Part shown: in pieces, positions 8,751 through 17,444 of the stretch | Numbering within the stretch: position 1 is the stretch's first letter | How the letters are laid out: each line of letters starts with the position of its first letter | NCBI GenBank assembly: GCA_029210695.1 | Contig: JARGFH010000014.1 | Location: forward strand, 44,109-64,108 | Direction: 5' to 3' | DNA from: Acidimicrobiia bacterium | GTDB taxonomy: Bacteria; Actinomycetota; Acidimicrobiia; Spongiisociales; JAHEDJ01 | Length of the DNA stretch: 20,000 nucleotides | The notes under the pieces: model-generated | Told to the model about the DNA's origin: nothing | Database searches by the model: none | Seen by the model: the letters and a program-made list of their open reading frames with translations, nothing else | Translations under genes and position numbers: made by a program

Positions 8751-9233
8751 ATGCCCGCCCGCAGTGCTGCGACTGCGGCATTTACGTGGCTCGTGGTCGC
8801 AGAAGGACTATGGCGCGACCTAGAGGGGCATCGTACTCGGCAGCCGGACCAAGTCGTTCTTCCGATCTGGGATAAATACAAGGCCAAGCGATTCGGGCCT
8901 AGCCTACCGTGGCCGGTGGAATCGGTAAGCGCCGCACAGATCGTTCTGAACGCTGCGGATCGAGACATCGTCGACGAGCCGATCCAAGCTGCCAACACCA
9001 ACCGCCACGGGTTCCTTCATGGCAATGTCGCAGGGATCATCCGCATCCACCATGCGGTGAAAGTGTTCACACTGGTCGATGCACTCGTGGATATGGCTGA
9101 GGAGTACGCGAGTGATCTGCCTGACGAGCGGCGGCTGGAACGGGCGCCGTGGGAAGATTCGCCCGGCAGCATTATCCGCACACCGGTTCGTTACGGACCA
9201 TTGCCCGGCATGTCCGCCTTGAACGACGAGTGA
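8751..9233 (+). CDS. HEPN-like protein, possibly an N-terminally truncated fragment
   Basis: NRHGFLHG fits the HEPN RxxxxH motif in a helical context (TWLVVAEGLWRD; AVKVFTLVDALVDMA). In-frame stop at 8727 and no clear SD. Confidence 0.55.
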   Translation: MPARSAATAAFTWLVVAEGLWRDLEGHRTRQPDQVVLPIWDKYKAKRFGPSLPWPVESVSAAQIVLNAADRDIVDEPIQAANTNRHGFLHGNVAGIIRIHHAVKVFTLVDALVDMAEEYASDLPDERRLERAPWEDSPGSIIRTPVRYGPLPGMSALNDE

Positions 9234-9313
9234 GCAACCTACGCGGCAAGGCAGGCCGCCCCCACTGGCGGGTCCGATTGGTCAGCTCTCTTAGTCGACC
9301 CTTTGCATCAATG

Positions 9314-10099
9314 TCACCGGGATTCTGAACTCGCCGCCCACCAGGTGAGGAGGGCGCGGCGAGCTATGTGCTCAAAGATGTGGAGATACATCGGGAGGTC
9401 TTCAGCCTTCCAGACGCTCTGACCGACAGCTGCGGCGAGACCCAAAGGTCGTTCCTCGGTGTTCGGATATCTGATCGGACCGTCAAGCAGCGGGCCAGGA
9501 AACGCCTTTCCGCCGTGCAGACTCTTGCTGCGGTATCCGTAGATCTGGCTCAGACCATGTCGCAGTTTGCTCCAATCGACCTGCATCGCCGGTTCTGGTC
9601 GGCTCTCCGGCGGAGGGGGTTTGAAAGCATCAAGGAAATCGAGGAACTTCCTTGTCGATCGAGTGACCTGGACAAGCTTCTCAGCCGCGTAGTCAACCAA
9701 TTCAGCGCCGCCAGCTTGCTGGAGGCGCTCGAAGAGGCCTTGGTCCCAAGCTTCCAGATGCTCCGCCGGGTCGGCCTGCCCCTGCCACCAATGATCAGCG
9801 GCAGTCTCGACAGCTGACACGAACTTGAGCCATGCGTACTCGGGGTCGTCTTCGGCAACCCATAGGCCTGCTTGATACGCCCGTGCCGATCGGATCAGCG
9901 CGACCGCCGTCGACAGATCGAGGTCCGGATACGAGCCGAGCAGGTCCGCAACATCATTGAGCTGATGGGTACCCAGAGCCGAGGGCACAGCAGGTCGGTG
10001 AGACGCGGGCGGTATATAGGGCTGAACGTGTTTGTGGGAACGCGGTCGGCCCATGGGATCACCGTCTGCGTCGAAAGCGCGTGGCGTCCCACCCCTCTG
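9314..10099 (-). pseudogene. 3' part of an ApeA-like HEPN-domain gene interrupted by an IS3-family element
   Basis: SARAYQAGLW..EDDPEYAWLKFVSAVE and IYGYRSKSLHGG (RxxxxH). The N-terminus of the listed ORF lies inside the IS and is spurious. Confidence 0.75.
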
Positions 10100-10169
10100 T
10101 GTCAACCTGGGGTGAGGCGGGTTGATAGACGGAAATATTGTGCTTTGAGGGCGGGGAGGGATGTTCCCG

Positions 10170-10625
10170 ATGAACACGGAAATGTTGCAGTCTGAGCAGC
10201 GACGCGGCGATGCTGGCGTCATGGAATCATCACATACCGATCCTGATCCTGAGGTTCCGGTGCGGGCCCGGCCGCCGCGGAGCTATTCGGCGAAGTACAA
10301 GGCCCGGATCCTTGCCGAGTATGAGGACCTGTCGAAGGGTGACAAGGGGGCGTTGTTGCGACGGGAGGGCCTGTACTCGTCGCTGATTTCGGAGTGGCGG
10401 AAACAACGTGACCGGGGAGCTCTCGAGGCGTTGTCGAAGTCGTCGGGTCGCCCACCGGCTGATCCGTTGGAGCGGGAGAACGTCCGGCTGGTCCGGGAGA
10501 ACCGGCGTCTCGAAACGGATTTGGATAAGGCTCGCAGGGTGATCGAGGTGCAGGGGAAACTCTCGGCGTTGTTGGAGCAGCTCGCCACCGGCAGCGCCAC
10601 CGAGACGAGGGGCGAGAAGCAATGA
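10170..10625 (+). CDS. IS3-family transposase OrfA (HTH plus coiled coil)
   Basis: [16 protein letters not shown]...[20 protein letters not shown], then [16 protein letters not shown]. Start uncertain (10161, 10170 or 10221). Confidence 0.85.
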   Translation: MNTEMLQSEQRRGDAGVMESSHTDPDPEVPVRARPPRSYSAKYKARILAEYEDLSKGDKGALLRREGLYSSLISEWRKQRDRGALEALSKSSGRPPADPLERENVRLVRENRRLETDLDKARRVIEVQGKLSALLEQLATGSATETRGEKQ

Positions 10626-11641
10626 TCGATGAGGCGATCGACGAGTTGGCGCCGGTGGTGGGGGTCACCGGGGCGTGTCTGGCGACGGGTCGGCCCCGTT
10701 CGACCCATTACCGCCGGCACCGGCAGAGCCCGCCACCGCCGAAACCCGAGCGGGTCCCGCAGCTCCAACCGCGGGCCCTTTCGGAGGTGGAACGCAAAGA
10801 GATACTGCGGGTGTTGCATGAACCCGACCATGTCGATGAGGCACCCGCAACGGTGTTCGCCAAGCTGCTCGACGAAGCAACCTATCTGGCGTCGGTATCG
10901 ACCATGTACCGGATTCTGCGGGCCGAAGGAGAGGTGGGTGACCGGCGCCGCCACGCCACCCACCCTGCCCACAAGAAACCTGAACTGATCGCTGTGGCAC
11001 CCAACGACGTGTGGAGTTGGGATATCACCAAACTGCTCGGCCCCCACAAGTGGAGCTACTACTACCTGTATGTGATCATCGATATCTACTCGCGGTATGT
11101 GCCCGGGTGGATGCTCGCCGACAAAGAGAACGGCCGGCTGGCCGAGCAGCTACTCGCCGAGACCACCGCCAAACAACACATCGAACGTGACCGGCTCACC
11201 ATCCACGCCGACCGCGGTTCACCAATGGTCGCCAAACCCGTAGCGCATCTACTCGCCGACCTCGGAGTCACCAAGAGCCATTCCCGGCCGCATGTCAGCA
11301 ACGACAACCCGTACTCGGAGAGCCAGTTCCGTACCCTCAAATATCGGCCCGAGTTCCCCGAACGCTTCGGCAGCATCCAAGACGCCCGCAGCTACTGCAA
11401 CTGGTTCTTCGGCTGGTACAACAACCAGCACCGCCACTCCGGTATCGGGTTCCACACCCCCGCCGACGTCCACTACGGCCGGGCCGAAGCCATACAGCAA
11501 CAACGAGCCCAGGTCCTCAACGCCGCCTACGCCGCCCACCCCGAACGATTCGTCCGGAAACCACCCCAACCACCGGCCCTACCCACCGCGGCCTGGATCA
11601 ACCCGCCACCCGACAGCGAGGACAACACAACGACACAATGA
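10622..11641 (+). CDS. IS3-family transposase OrfB (rve DDE core)
   Basis: [29 protein letters not shown] and [14 protein letters not shown] overlap with orfA. Confidence 0.93.
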   Translation: MIDEAIDELAPVVGVTGACLATGRPRSTHYRRHRQSPPPPKPERVPQLQPRALSEVERKEILRVLHEPDHVDEAPATVFAKLLDEATYLASVSTMYRILRAEGEVGDRRRHATHPAHKKPELIAVAPNDVWSWDITKLLGPHKWSYYYLYVIIDIYSRYVPGWMLADKENGRLAEQLLAETTAKQHIERDRLTIHADRGSPMVAKPVAHLLADLGVTKSHSRPHVSNDNPYSESQFRTLKYRPEFPERFGSIQDARSYCNWFFGWYNNQHRHSGIGFHTPADVHYGRAEAIQQQRAQVLNAAYAAHPERFVRKPPQPPALPTAAWINPPPDSEDNTTTQ

Positions 11642-11674
11642 AACCCCAACCAATCCGTCTCAAAAAGGTTGACA

Positions 11675-11948
11675 GGCACCGGTCGCTCGGCGAATGGTGC
11701 CAGCTGACGCGAAGCACGACCGCTGGAAGAGGGTCCCCGGGTCTATGAGGTTGGATTGGCACTGTATTGAGCAGCGAAAACGGCCCGAGTCCTCCGAGGA
11801 TCTCGCCGGTCACGTGAGCGTCCGTGTAAAGCGTGTACTCCTCAACGCCGTGAACTGGTTCGCTCGCACGAAAGGCACGCCAGTTCTCATACGCGGTCAG
11901 ATCTGAAGGGGGCTGCGGCATCTCGCCATCTTCGAACGTTTGGTTCAC
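11675..11948 (-). pseudogene. 5' part of the HEPN-domain gene interrupted by the IS3-family element
   Basis: GTG start with GGGGAGG SD. The protein-like sequence YENWRAF...EEYTLYTDAHVTGE..GLGPFSLLNTVP...AVVLRVSWH runs into the IS end. Same strand as the 3' part. Confidence 0.7.
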
Positions 11949-12084
11949 GGCCTGCCTCCCCTGCTAATCCGAGGCTCGTCGTCCATGTCATATCGAGTCA
12001 AGCGTATCCGTCGTTGAAGAGCTGCCACAGCACGAACGAGCCTCTGAGACGTGTGTCGTGTCAGTCTTGATCCCGCCTGCTGGC

Positions 12085-12726
12085 TCAGTCGCTGGCCAAC
12101 TCGTCGAGTATGAGAAGGCCGAGCGCCACGAATCGGTCGACCGCGAGGTGTCGAGCGTGGCTCGGATCGACGGCTTCCTCCCTTCCACCAACACGAACGG
12201 TGTATGCGGCTGATTCACCGATCATCACACTCAGCGGCACGTGGCGGTGGACGAGAGCGTTGCGAACATCGATGAGTCGATCGACGTGTGCCGACCCATG
12301 CGTCTCGACAACCCACCGCTGCTGAGCGGGCGTCAATGAGTCGAGCACCGCTCGTGTGGTTGCTACCTCGCGGAGGTCAGGCTCTCGTTGCGTCCGTCCT
12401 GCAAGTGCTGCCAATGCAGCTGCACAGAGGTCGATTGAGGCGGCTGCAGACACGACCGTGAGCTGGAACCCACTGAGATACACGAACTGAGCGTCGTCCT
12501 CGAACGCGACGCTCAGCGAGGGTGCCTGGTCGTACATGCGGGCTCCCACCCCCGAGTAGCGAAGGTGAAAGCCCGCCTGAACGATCCGGTGTCCCGCCTG
12601 AGTCCCGGAGTACCCGTGCTTCGCAGACAGATTCGCCAGAAGCCCTGCTGCGAACCGGTGAGTCCGAGGTCCTTCCTCGATGCGGTGACCGCGGAACTCG
12701 TCGGGGATGTCATCAACTGAGAGCAT
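12085..12726 (-). CDS. HEPN-like (Cthe_2314-like) protein
   Basis: AGGAGGT SD. Helical AAASIDLCAAAL and RLIDVRNALVHR (RxxxxH). Confidence 0.7.
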   Translation of the reverse strand: MLSVDDIPDEFRGHRIEEGPRTHRFAAGLLANLSAKHGYSGTQAGHRIVQAGFHLRYSGVGARMYDQAPSLSVAFEDDAQFVYLSGFQLTVVSAAASIDLCAAALAALAGRTQREPDLREVATTRAVLDSLTPAQQRWVVETHGSAHVDRLIDVRNALVHRHVPLSVMIGESAAYTVRVGGREEAVDPSHARHLAVDRFVALGLLILDELASD

Positions 12727-12833
12727 GGATGCACCTCCTGGGCGGCGATTGCGAACAAGCGATCCCTCGGAGGCATTGCGCCTCGGTCTGTCGCTTGGGG
12801 GAGTTCGGCGGTTCGAGCATTGGGCACCAGAGT

Positions 12834-12860
12834 ACGGGTCGGGTGTGACGGGTCGGGTGT
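12834..12860. repeat. Tandem 13-bp repeat ACGGGTCGGGTGT x2
   Basis: Perfect copies at 12834-12846 and 12848-12860, between the right TIR and the 12726 gene start. Confidence 0.7.
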
Positions 12861-12897
12861 AACCCCGTTCGCAGGGGTCGGCGACCGTGGCGCGCAG

Positions 12898-12931
12898 GAT
12901 TCCGGTTTTTCGTTCCTATGTCTCCCTTCCC
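12898..12931 (-). repeat. 34-bp right terminal inverted repeat
   Basis: Reverse complement GGGAAGGGAGACATAGGAACGAAAAACCGGAATC, 2 mismatches versus 5882-5915. Confidence 0.92.
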
Positions 12932-12945
12932 CTCAAGACTGAACC
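12932..12945 (+). repeat. 14-bp direct repeat CTCAAGACTGAACC, right copy
   Basis: Identical to 5868-5881. Confidence 0.9.
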
Positions 12946-13084
12946 AGGCTTTCGCCCGTCGCTCCGCTTGGTCGATGCCTATCGTTGCGTGTCGTACTTC
13001 CGGCGCTTGGCCCGCCTTACTTGCCAAGGGGCTGGCGGCGACGGGGCTCGGGCCTGACGTGTGGTGAGCATTGCTCCATCGCGC

Positions 13085-13115
13085 TGTCCGTGGACTGTCC
13101 GTCAAGTGTCCGTCA
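13085..13115 (+). repeat. TGTCCGT x3 with 11-bp period, candidate integrase arm-type sites
   Basis: Copies at 13085, 13096 and 13107, about 105 bp upstream of the tRNA fragment. Confidence 0.55.
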
Positions 13116-13218
13116 GAGGACCGAAAACGACCAAAGACTACGAGAGGTGACAACAGACGAAATCCCTTGCCATGTGGGGGTTTTCGCCCAAATCGCCTGT
13201 GCTGCCAAGACCCTTGTT

Positions 13219-13266
13219 CTGCCTTCACACGGCAGAGGCCACTGGTTCGATCCCAGTAGCGCCCAC
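13219..13266 (+). other. 3' fragment of tRNA-Val(CAC), att site of an integrative element
   Basis: Anticodon arm CTGCC-TTCACAC-GGCAG, T arm ACTGG-TTCGATC-CCAGT, and acceptor 3' strand AGCGCCCA. No D arm or 5' acceptor strand upstream. Confidence 0.88.
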
Positions 13267-13269
13267 TCG

Positions 13270-13294
13270 GAAACCGTTGCGCCGCAACGGTTTC
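13270..13294 (+). terminator. Hairpin downstream of the tRNA fragment
   Basis: GAAACCGTTGC-GCC-GCAACGGTTTC, an 11-bp perfect stem with only a weak U-tract. Confidence 0.6.
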
Positions 13295-13459
13295 TGGCGT
13301 TTCTGAGAGCGCGAAATCCAACGGTGGCTCCGCTAGGACGCGCATGGGACGCGTTTTGTCTCGAGCTACTCCTCAACTCTGGCCGCCGCGACCGCATCGT
13401 GACGACGTCCGGATGCGCCTCGTGGACGGCCTCTCGTGCTCCGTCACATGGACGGTGGC

Positions 13460-16400
13460 ATGATCGAGTTCTCGATACTCGGACCGCTGCTGGTACTGGC
13501 CGATTCTGTTGAGGTCTCGATTACGTCGCCACTTCAACGGGCGTTACTGGTTCGGCTGCTTCTCGAGCCGGGCAAGGTGGTATCAGTGGATCGCCTCGTT
13601 GAGGATCTCTGGGGTGACGCCCAGCCGGCCAATCCTGCAAATGCGCTGCGCTATCACGTGTGGCAGCTTCGGGACGCGCTCGAGCCCGACCGGCCGCGAC
13701 GGTCCGAGGGCGGCTATGTCCGCACCAGGGCGCCGGGGTACTACCTCGATCAGGAGCAAGCATCGATTGACGCCGTCGAGTTTGAGCGACTGGCGGTTGC
13801 GGGGCGTGCGATGGTGGAGGACGAGCCTGAACGCGCTGCGGAGCTCCTCGAGGACGCACTCGGATTGTGGCGGGGGGAGGCACTCGCGGACGTTGCCGAC
13901 TGCGAGTTCGCCCACGATGTGCGCCTGAGGTTGGAGGAACGCCGGTTATTGGCGGTTGAGGACCGGGTCGCTGCCAGATTGGCGTGCGGTGCTGCAACGG
14001 ATCTGGTCCCGGAGTTGGAGCAGCTTGCGGGCAAGCATCCGTGGCGTGAGCGCCTTCGCGGGCAGTTGATGGTGGCGCTATATCGGTCGGGGCGTCAGGC
14101 CGATGCCCTGGCGGCGTTCCGTGACGCCCGCAGGTTGTTTGGTGAGGAGTTGGGTATCGAGCCATCTCCGGAGCTCGCGGCGATCGAGGAACGGGTGCTC
14201 TTGCACGACACCGAGCTGGCTGCGCCACTCGGGACAGGCCGGCCGGGGTCCAACCTCCCGGAGCCGTTGACGTCGTTCATCGGACGGGACAGTGAACTCA
14301 CTCAGCTTCAACGGCTGCTCGGAGAACGACGTCTCGTCACCCTGGTGGGCTCGCCGGGAGTAGGGAAGACTCGCTTGGGTATCCAAGCTGCAAGGCGCAT
14401 GACGCACGGAGAACGGCATGTTGCGACGTGGATCGACCTCGTACCTATCCGCAGCAGAGATGACCTCATCCAAGCTATCGCTGACGCGCTGGAGCTCTCA
14501 CGTCCGGCCGCCCAAGCAGGCGGGGATGCAACACCCATGACGGAGGTCTCGGTTCTCGAATCGCTTCGTCGGCGACCCAGACTGTTGGTCCTGGATAACT
14601 GTGAGCACGTCGTCGATCTCGTTCGCGACGTGGCTGGGGCCTTGCTGGCCGCTTCGTCCGGGACGCGGATCCTCGCCACCAGTCGTCGACCACTTAACGA
14701 GGCGGCCGAGGTGATCTTCGAGGTAACACCCCTGCACGTGATTGATCCGGTCGACTTGGGAGACGACGGTTGGCGGCGCCTGCTGGCCACAGAGTCGGGC
14801 GCCTTGTTCATGGAACGCGCCTCGGATGCCGGCGCCCGCTTCACCAAGACGCGGGCATCGGCGGCTCAGATCGCCGAACTCTGCCAACGACTCGATGGCT
14901 TGCCTTTGGCGCTGGAGTTGGCAGCCACTCGCGCCCGGTCGATTGGTCCTGCCGATCTCCTCAGTCATCTCGGCGAACGTTTCGAGCTTCTCAACGGATC
15001 ACCCGCTGATCCATCAGGCAAGGGGACGCTGTGGAGCGCCCTCGAGTGGAGTTATGACCTCCTCGAAGCCGACGAGGCGACGGCGCTCTGTTGGCTATCG
15101 GTCTTCGTTGGAGCGTTCGATCTGGAAGCAGGGACTGCGTTGATAGGTGCTGCCGGGGACACGCCGGCGTCTCGGTACAGCCTGGTCTCACAACTGGTCG
15201 ACCACTCCCTGCTGGTGGCCGAACCAGCCGAGGGTGGGAAGCGTCGCTTCCGCTTGCTCGATTCGGTCCGCGACTTCGCCCTCGAGAAAGTCAAGCAGCG
15301 CGGCGAGACATCCGCCGCAGAATCAGCACACACCAGATATGTCGCTCGTCTCGCGGAGCAAGCTTGGGGAGCTCGCGCCGATCGAGAACTTCGAGAGGAG
15401 CTCCACCAGCGGCTCGATTCGGTCAGGTTCGACGTGAGAGCCGTCATTGACCGCCTACTCGCTTCCGGAGACGCCTGCCGTGCGATCGGTGTGGCCGGGG
15501 CCCTTGGTGAGTACTGGCGCGCGAGACGTTCATACGGAGATGCGATTGCCATATGCCGCGCCATCGGCGAAGACTGCCTCGGGGGCGACGTCCGTCTCGT
15601 TGCCCGCTTCTTGAACGGATGGGCTGAAGCTGAAGCGGTGATGATGCAGCCGCAGAAAGCCCAAGACCTTTGGAGGCGGGCCTACCCCCTGGCCGAGTCG
15701 GCCGGGGAGTGGTCCCTTGCTGCCGCTGCGCTCGTCGGAACGACGATGTGGCCGGGCCTCCACAGCCCGTGGGAACCGCGATTCGATGGAGTGTGGATGC
15801 GTGCTGTGGACTGCTATCGCCGGGCTGATGACGTCCTGGGAGAGGCCCGGGCGTACAACGAACGCGGCTTCAGAGAATTGGTAGCCGGCGACTTCGACCA
15901 AGCGTCGACCCACCTCGAGAGCGCACGTGCGCTCTTCGAGCAGGCCGAGGATGACGATGGAGTCCTAGAAGCGTTGGGGGATCTTGCGATGACCGCTCGG
16001 AACGCTGGCGACCTCGCAACCGCGCGCGCCACCGTTGAGCGGGGATTGGCGGTCATCACTGATCGGCCGGACGACGCTCGCAGACCGCGCCTACTCGTGG
16101 AATCAGCAGAGATCGCAATGGAAGAGGGCAAGCCCGACGCTGCCGTGAACCACTTGTTGCTGGCCCTGGCCATTGAGGACGAGTGCGCACCTGGAACGTT
16201 CTTCGCCAACACGCTTCGCTGTCTGCTGGGCTGGGCGCTGAGGGCATGCGGTCGCCACCGAGATGCGCTCGACCACATGACCTCAGCGATCCGGTTCTGC
16301 ATCCGCTCGCCGTGGGCCGACCCCGACAAGTCGGGTCACGCTGCATGGCTACTCGAGTCGGTCGCCGGCCTCTGCGCCGAAGCGTTCGCCCCGGCCCTCG

Positions 16401-16624
16401 CTGCGACGCTCTTCGGTGCAGCGGAGGCTGGTCGGCGACGGGTCGGCGCACGAATGCCGGCCTGGGACCGGTCCCGGTATGACGCCGACGTTGCCCGTCT
16501 CAGGAAGCGCCTCAAACCAAACGAGCTCGAGAGCGCCTGGGAGAAGGGCGCGAGGCTGTCGGTCGAGACCGCCGCCCACCTTGCGATATCCGAACTGACC
16601 CCCTTCCTCGCCGTTTCGGGCTGA
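13460..16624 (+). CDS. AfsR/SARP-family regulator (OmpR-type HTH, BTAD, NB-ARC-like ATPase, TPR)
   Basis: FSILGPL, LVEDLWG, ALGLWRGEALAD, HPWRERLRGQLMVALYRSGRQADAL, LGIEPSPEL, LTSFIGR, GSPGVGKT, LVLDNCEH and LDGLPLALELAA. Confidence 0.95.
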   Translation: MIEFSILGPLLVLADSVEVSITSPLQRALLVRLLLEPGKVVSVDRLVEDLWGDAQPANPANALRYHVWQLRDALEPDRPRRSEGGYVRTRAPGYYLDQEQASIDAVEFERLAVAGRAMVEDEPERAAELLEDALGLWRGEALADVADCEFAHDVRLRLEERRLLAVEDRVAARLACGAATDLVPELEQLAGKHPWRERLRGQLMVALYRSGRQADALAAFRDARRLFGEELGIEPSPELAAIEERVLLHDTELAAPLGTGRPGSNLPEPLTSFIGRDSELTQLQRLLGERRLVTLVGSPGVGKTRLGIQAARRMTHGERHVATWIDLVPIRSRDDLIQAIADALELSRPAAQAGGDATPMTEVSVLESLRRRPRLLVLDNCEHVVDLVRDVAGALLAASSGTRILATSRRPLNEAAEVIFEVTPLHVIDPVDLGDDGWRRLLATESGALFMERASDAGARFTKTRASAAQIAELCQRLDGLPLALELAATRARSIGPADLLSHLGERFELLNGSPADPSGKGTLWSALEWSYDLLEADEATALCWLSVFVGAFDLEAGTALIGAAGDTPASRYSLVSQLVDHSLLVAEPAEGGKRRFRLLDSVRDFALEKVKQRGETSAAESAHTRYVARLAEQAWGARADRELREELHQRLDSVRFDVRAVIDRLLASGDACRAIGVAGALGEYWRARRSYGDAIAICRAIGEDCLGGDVRLVARFLNGWAEAEAVMMQPQKAQDLWRRAYPLAESAGEWSLAAAALVGTTMWPGLHSPWEPRFDGVWMRAVDCYRRADDVLGEARAYNERGFRELVAGDFDQASTHLESARALFEQAEDDDGVLEALGDLAMTARNAGDLATARATVERGLAVITDRPDDARRPRLLVESAEIAMEEGKPDAAVNHLLLALAIEDECAPGTFFANTLRCLLGWALRACGRHRDALDHMTSAIRFCIRSPWADPDKSGHAAWLLESVAGLCAEAFAPALAATLFGAAEAGRRRVGARMPAWDRSRYDADVARLRKRLKPNELESAWEKGARLSVETAAHLAISELTPFLAVSG

Positions 16625-16650
16625 CACCGCCCACTCGCTTTACGATTCGG

Positions 16651-16679
16651 GCCAGATAGCCGCCAGATAGCGGCCAGAT
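16651..16679 (+). promoter_or_regulatory. GCCAGAT x3 direct repeats with 11-bp period, SARP-type binding site
   Basis: Copies at 16651, 16662 and 16673, between the SARP gene and the next start codon. Confidence 0.75.
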
Positions 16680-16701
16680 GCCTCCACCGCACGGTGGAGG
16701 C

Positions 16702-17352
16702 ATGAAGAGAATCATCGCCTTCCTCATCACAGCGGCTCTCCTCACCCCGGTTGGGGCGCAACCGGCCGCATCGAAAGTCACCGATCCAGCGCTTGCACTG
16801 ACACTCACGCCATACCTGACCGAAGCTAGCCACGCATCCGCACTGGAGTTCGAGACAGTACCCAAGGAGCCGGTTCATAGCCCCGTCGACCCAGAAGCCG
16901 CTGCGCTGATGACGTGGGCGCGGACGAGATTCGAAGCCGCCGGCCTGACACTGCCCGACGTCACACTCTTCGTGCACGAGAGCCGCGACTCGTGCGACGG
17001 CAACGTCGGGCTCTTCAAAGGCTCCGACGCTGGCGGCGAGGTTCACCTCTGCACCGAAGACATGAACCTCGTCAAGCGCAGGACGCTGCTCCATGAACTA
17101 GGCCACGCATGGACCCTGCAGCACCTCTCAGGCGAAGACATCTCGTCCTTCCTGGCGTTGCGCGGTCTCGAGCACTGGAGCGAACCCGCACCGTGGTATC
17201 ACCGAGGCATTGAGCACGCCGCCGAGATCATGGCATGGGGTTTGTACGACACAGAACTTCGCGTGGTCACGATCGAGCCCAGCGACCCAGCAAGCCTGAG
17301 GATCGCTTTCCGCTTCCTGACCGGGGCTGATCCCATCTGCGGCGAGAATTGA
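16702..17352 (+). CDS. Secreted HExxH zincin-like protein
   Basis: Signal peptide MKRIIAFLITAALLTPVGAQPAA, TLLHELGHAW, and a downstream GIEHAAE acidic ligand candidate. GGAGG lies just before the ATG. Confidence 0.8.
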   Translation: MKRIIAFLITAALLTPVGAQPAASKVTDPALALTLTPYLTEASHASALEFETVPKEPVHSPVDPEAAALMTWARTRFEAAGLTLPDVTLFVHESRDSCDGNVGLFKGSDAGGEVHLCTEDMNLVKRRTLLHELGHAWTLQHLSGEDISSFLALRGLEHWSEPAPWYHRGIEHAAEIMAWGLYDTELRVVTIEPSDPASLRIAFRFLTGADPICGEN

Positions 17353-17444
17353 CCAGGCAGAACGGCTCCCGTTCCACTCGCGGCTCTTGAGCCAGCCGCC
17401 TCCGCAACACCACCTCGGCGCAGTGGTCGCGAGGCTTGGCAGAC

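Larger units (their letters stand above)
10100..11674 (+). mobile_element. IS3-family insertion sequence, about 1575 bp
   Basis: Imperfect IRs TGTCAACCTGGGGTGAGGCGGGTTG (10100) and, as reverse complement, TGTCAACCTTTTTGAGACGGATTG (ending 11674). TG...CA ends and orfA/orfB organisation. Confidence 0.88.
5882..12931. mobile_element. Putative non-autonomous transposon (34-bp TIRs, 14-bp TSD) with defence-like cargo
   Basis: DR-TIR ... TIR-DR architecture. The only internal transposase belongs to a nested IS3-family element that has its own, different ends. Confidence 0.8.

Noticed and set aside
12061..12070. TCAGTCTTGA, a 10-bp match to the reverse complement of the 14-bp direct repeat
   Set aside because: A match this short is plausible by chance in 20 kb, and no TIR is adjacent.
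13219..13266. Functional tRNA gene
   Set aside because: The 5' half is missing, so it is treated as an att fragment.
12713..13345. 210-aa minus-strand ORF
   Set aside because: It crosses the tRNA fragment, the direct repeat and the TIR, so it cannot be a real gene as listed. A disrupted target gene continuing at 5867 could not be supported by motifs.
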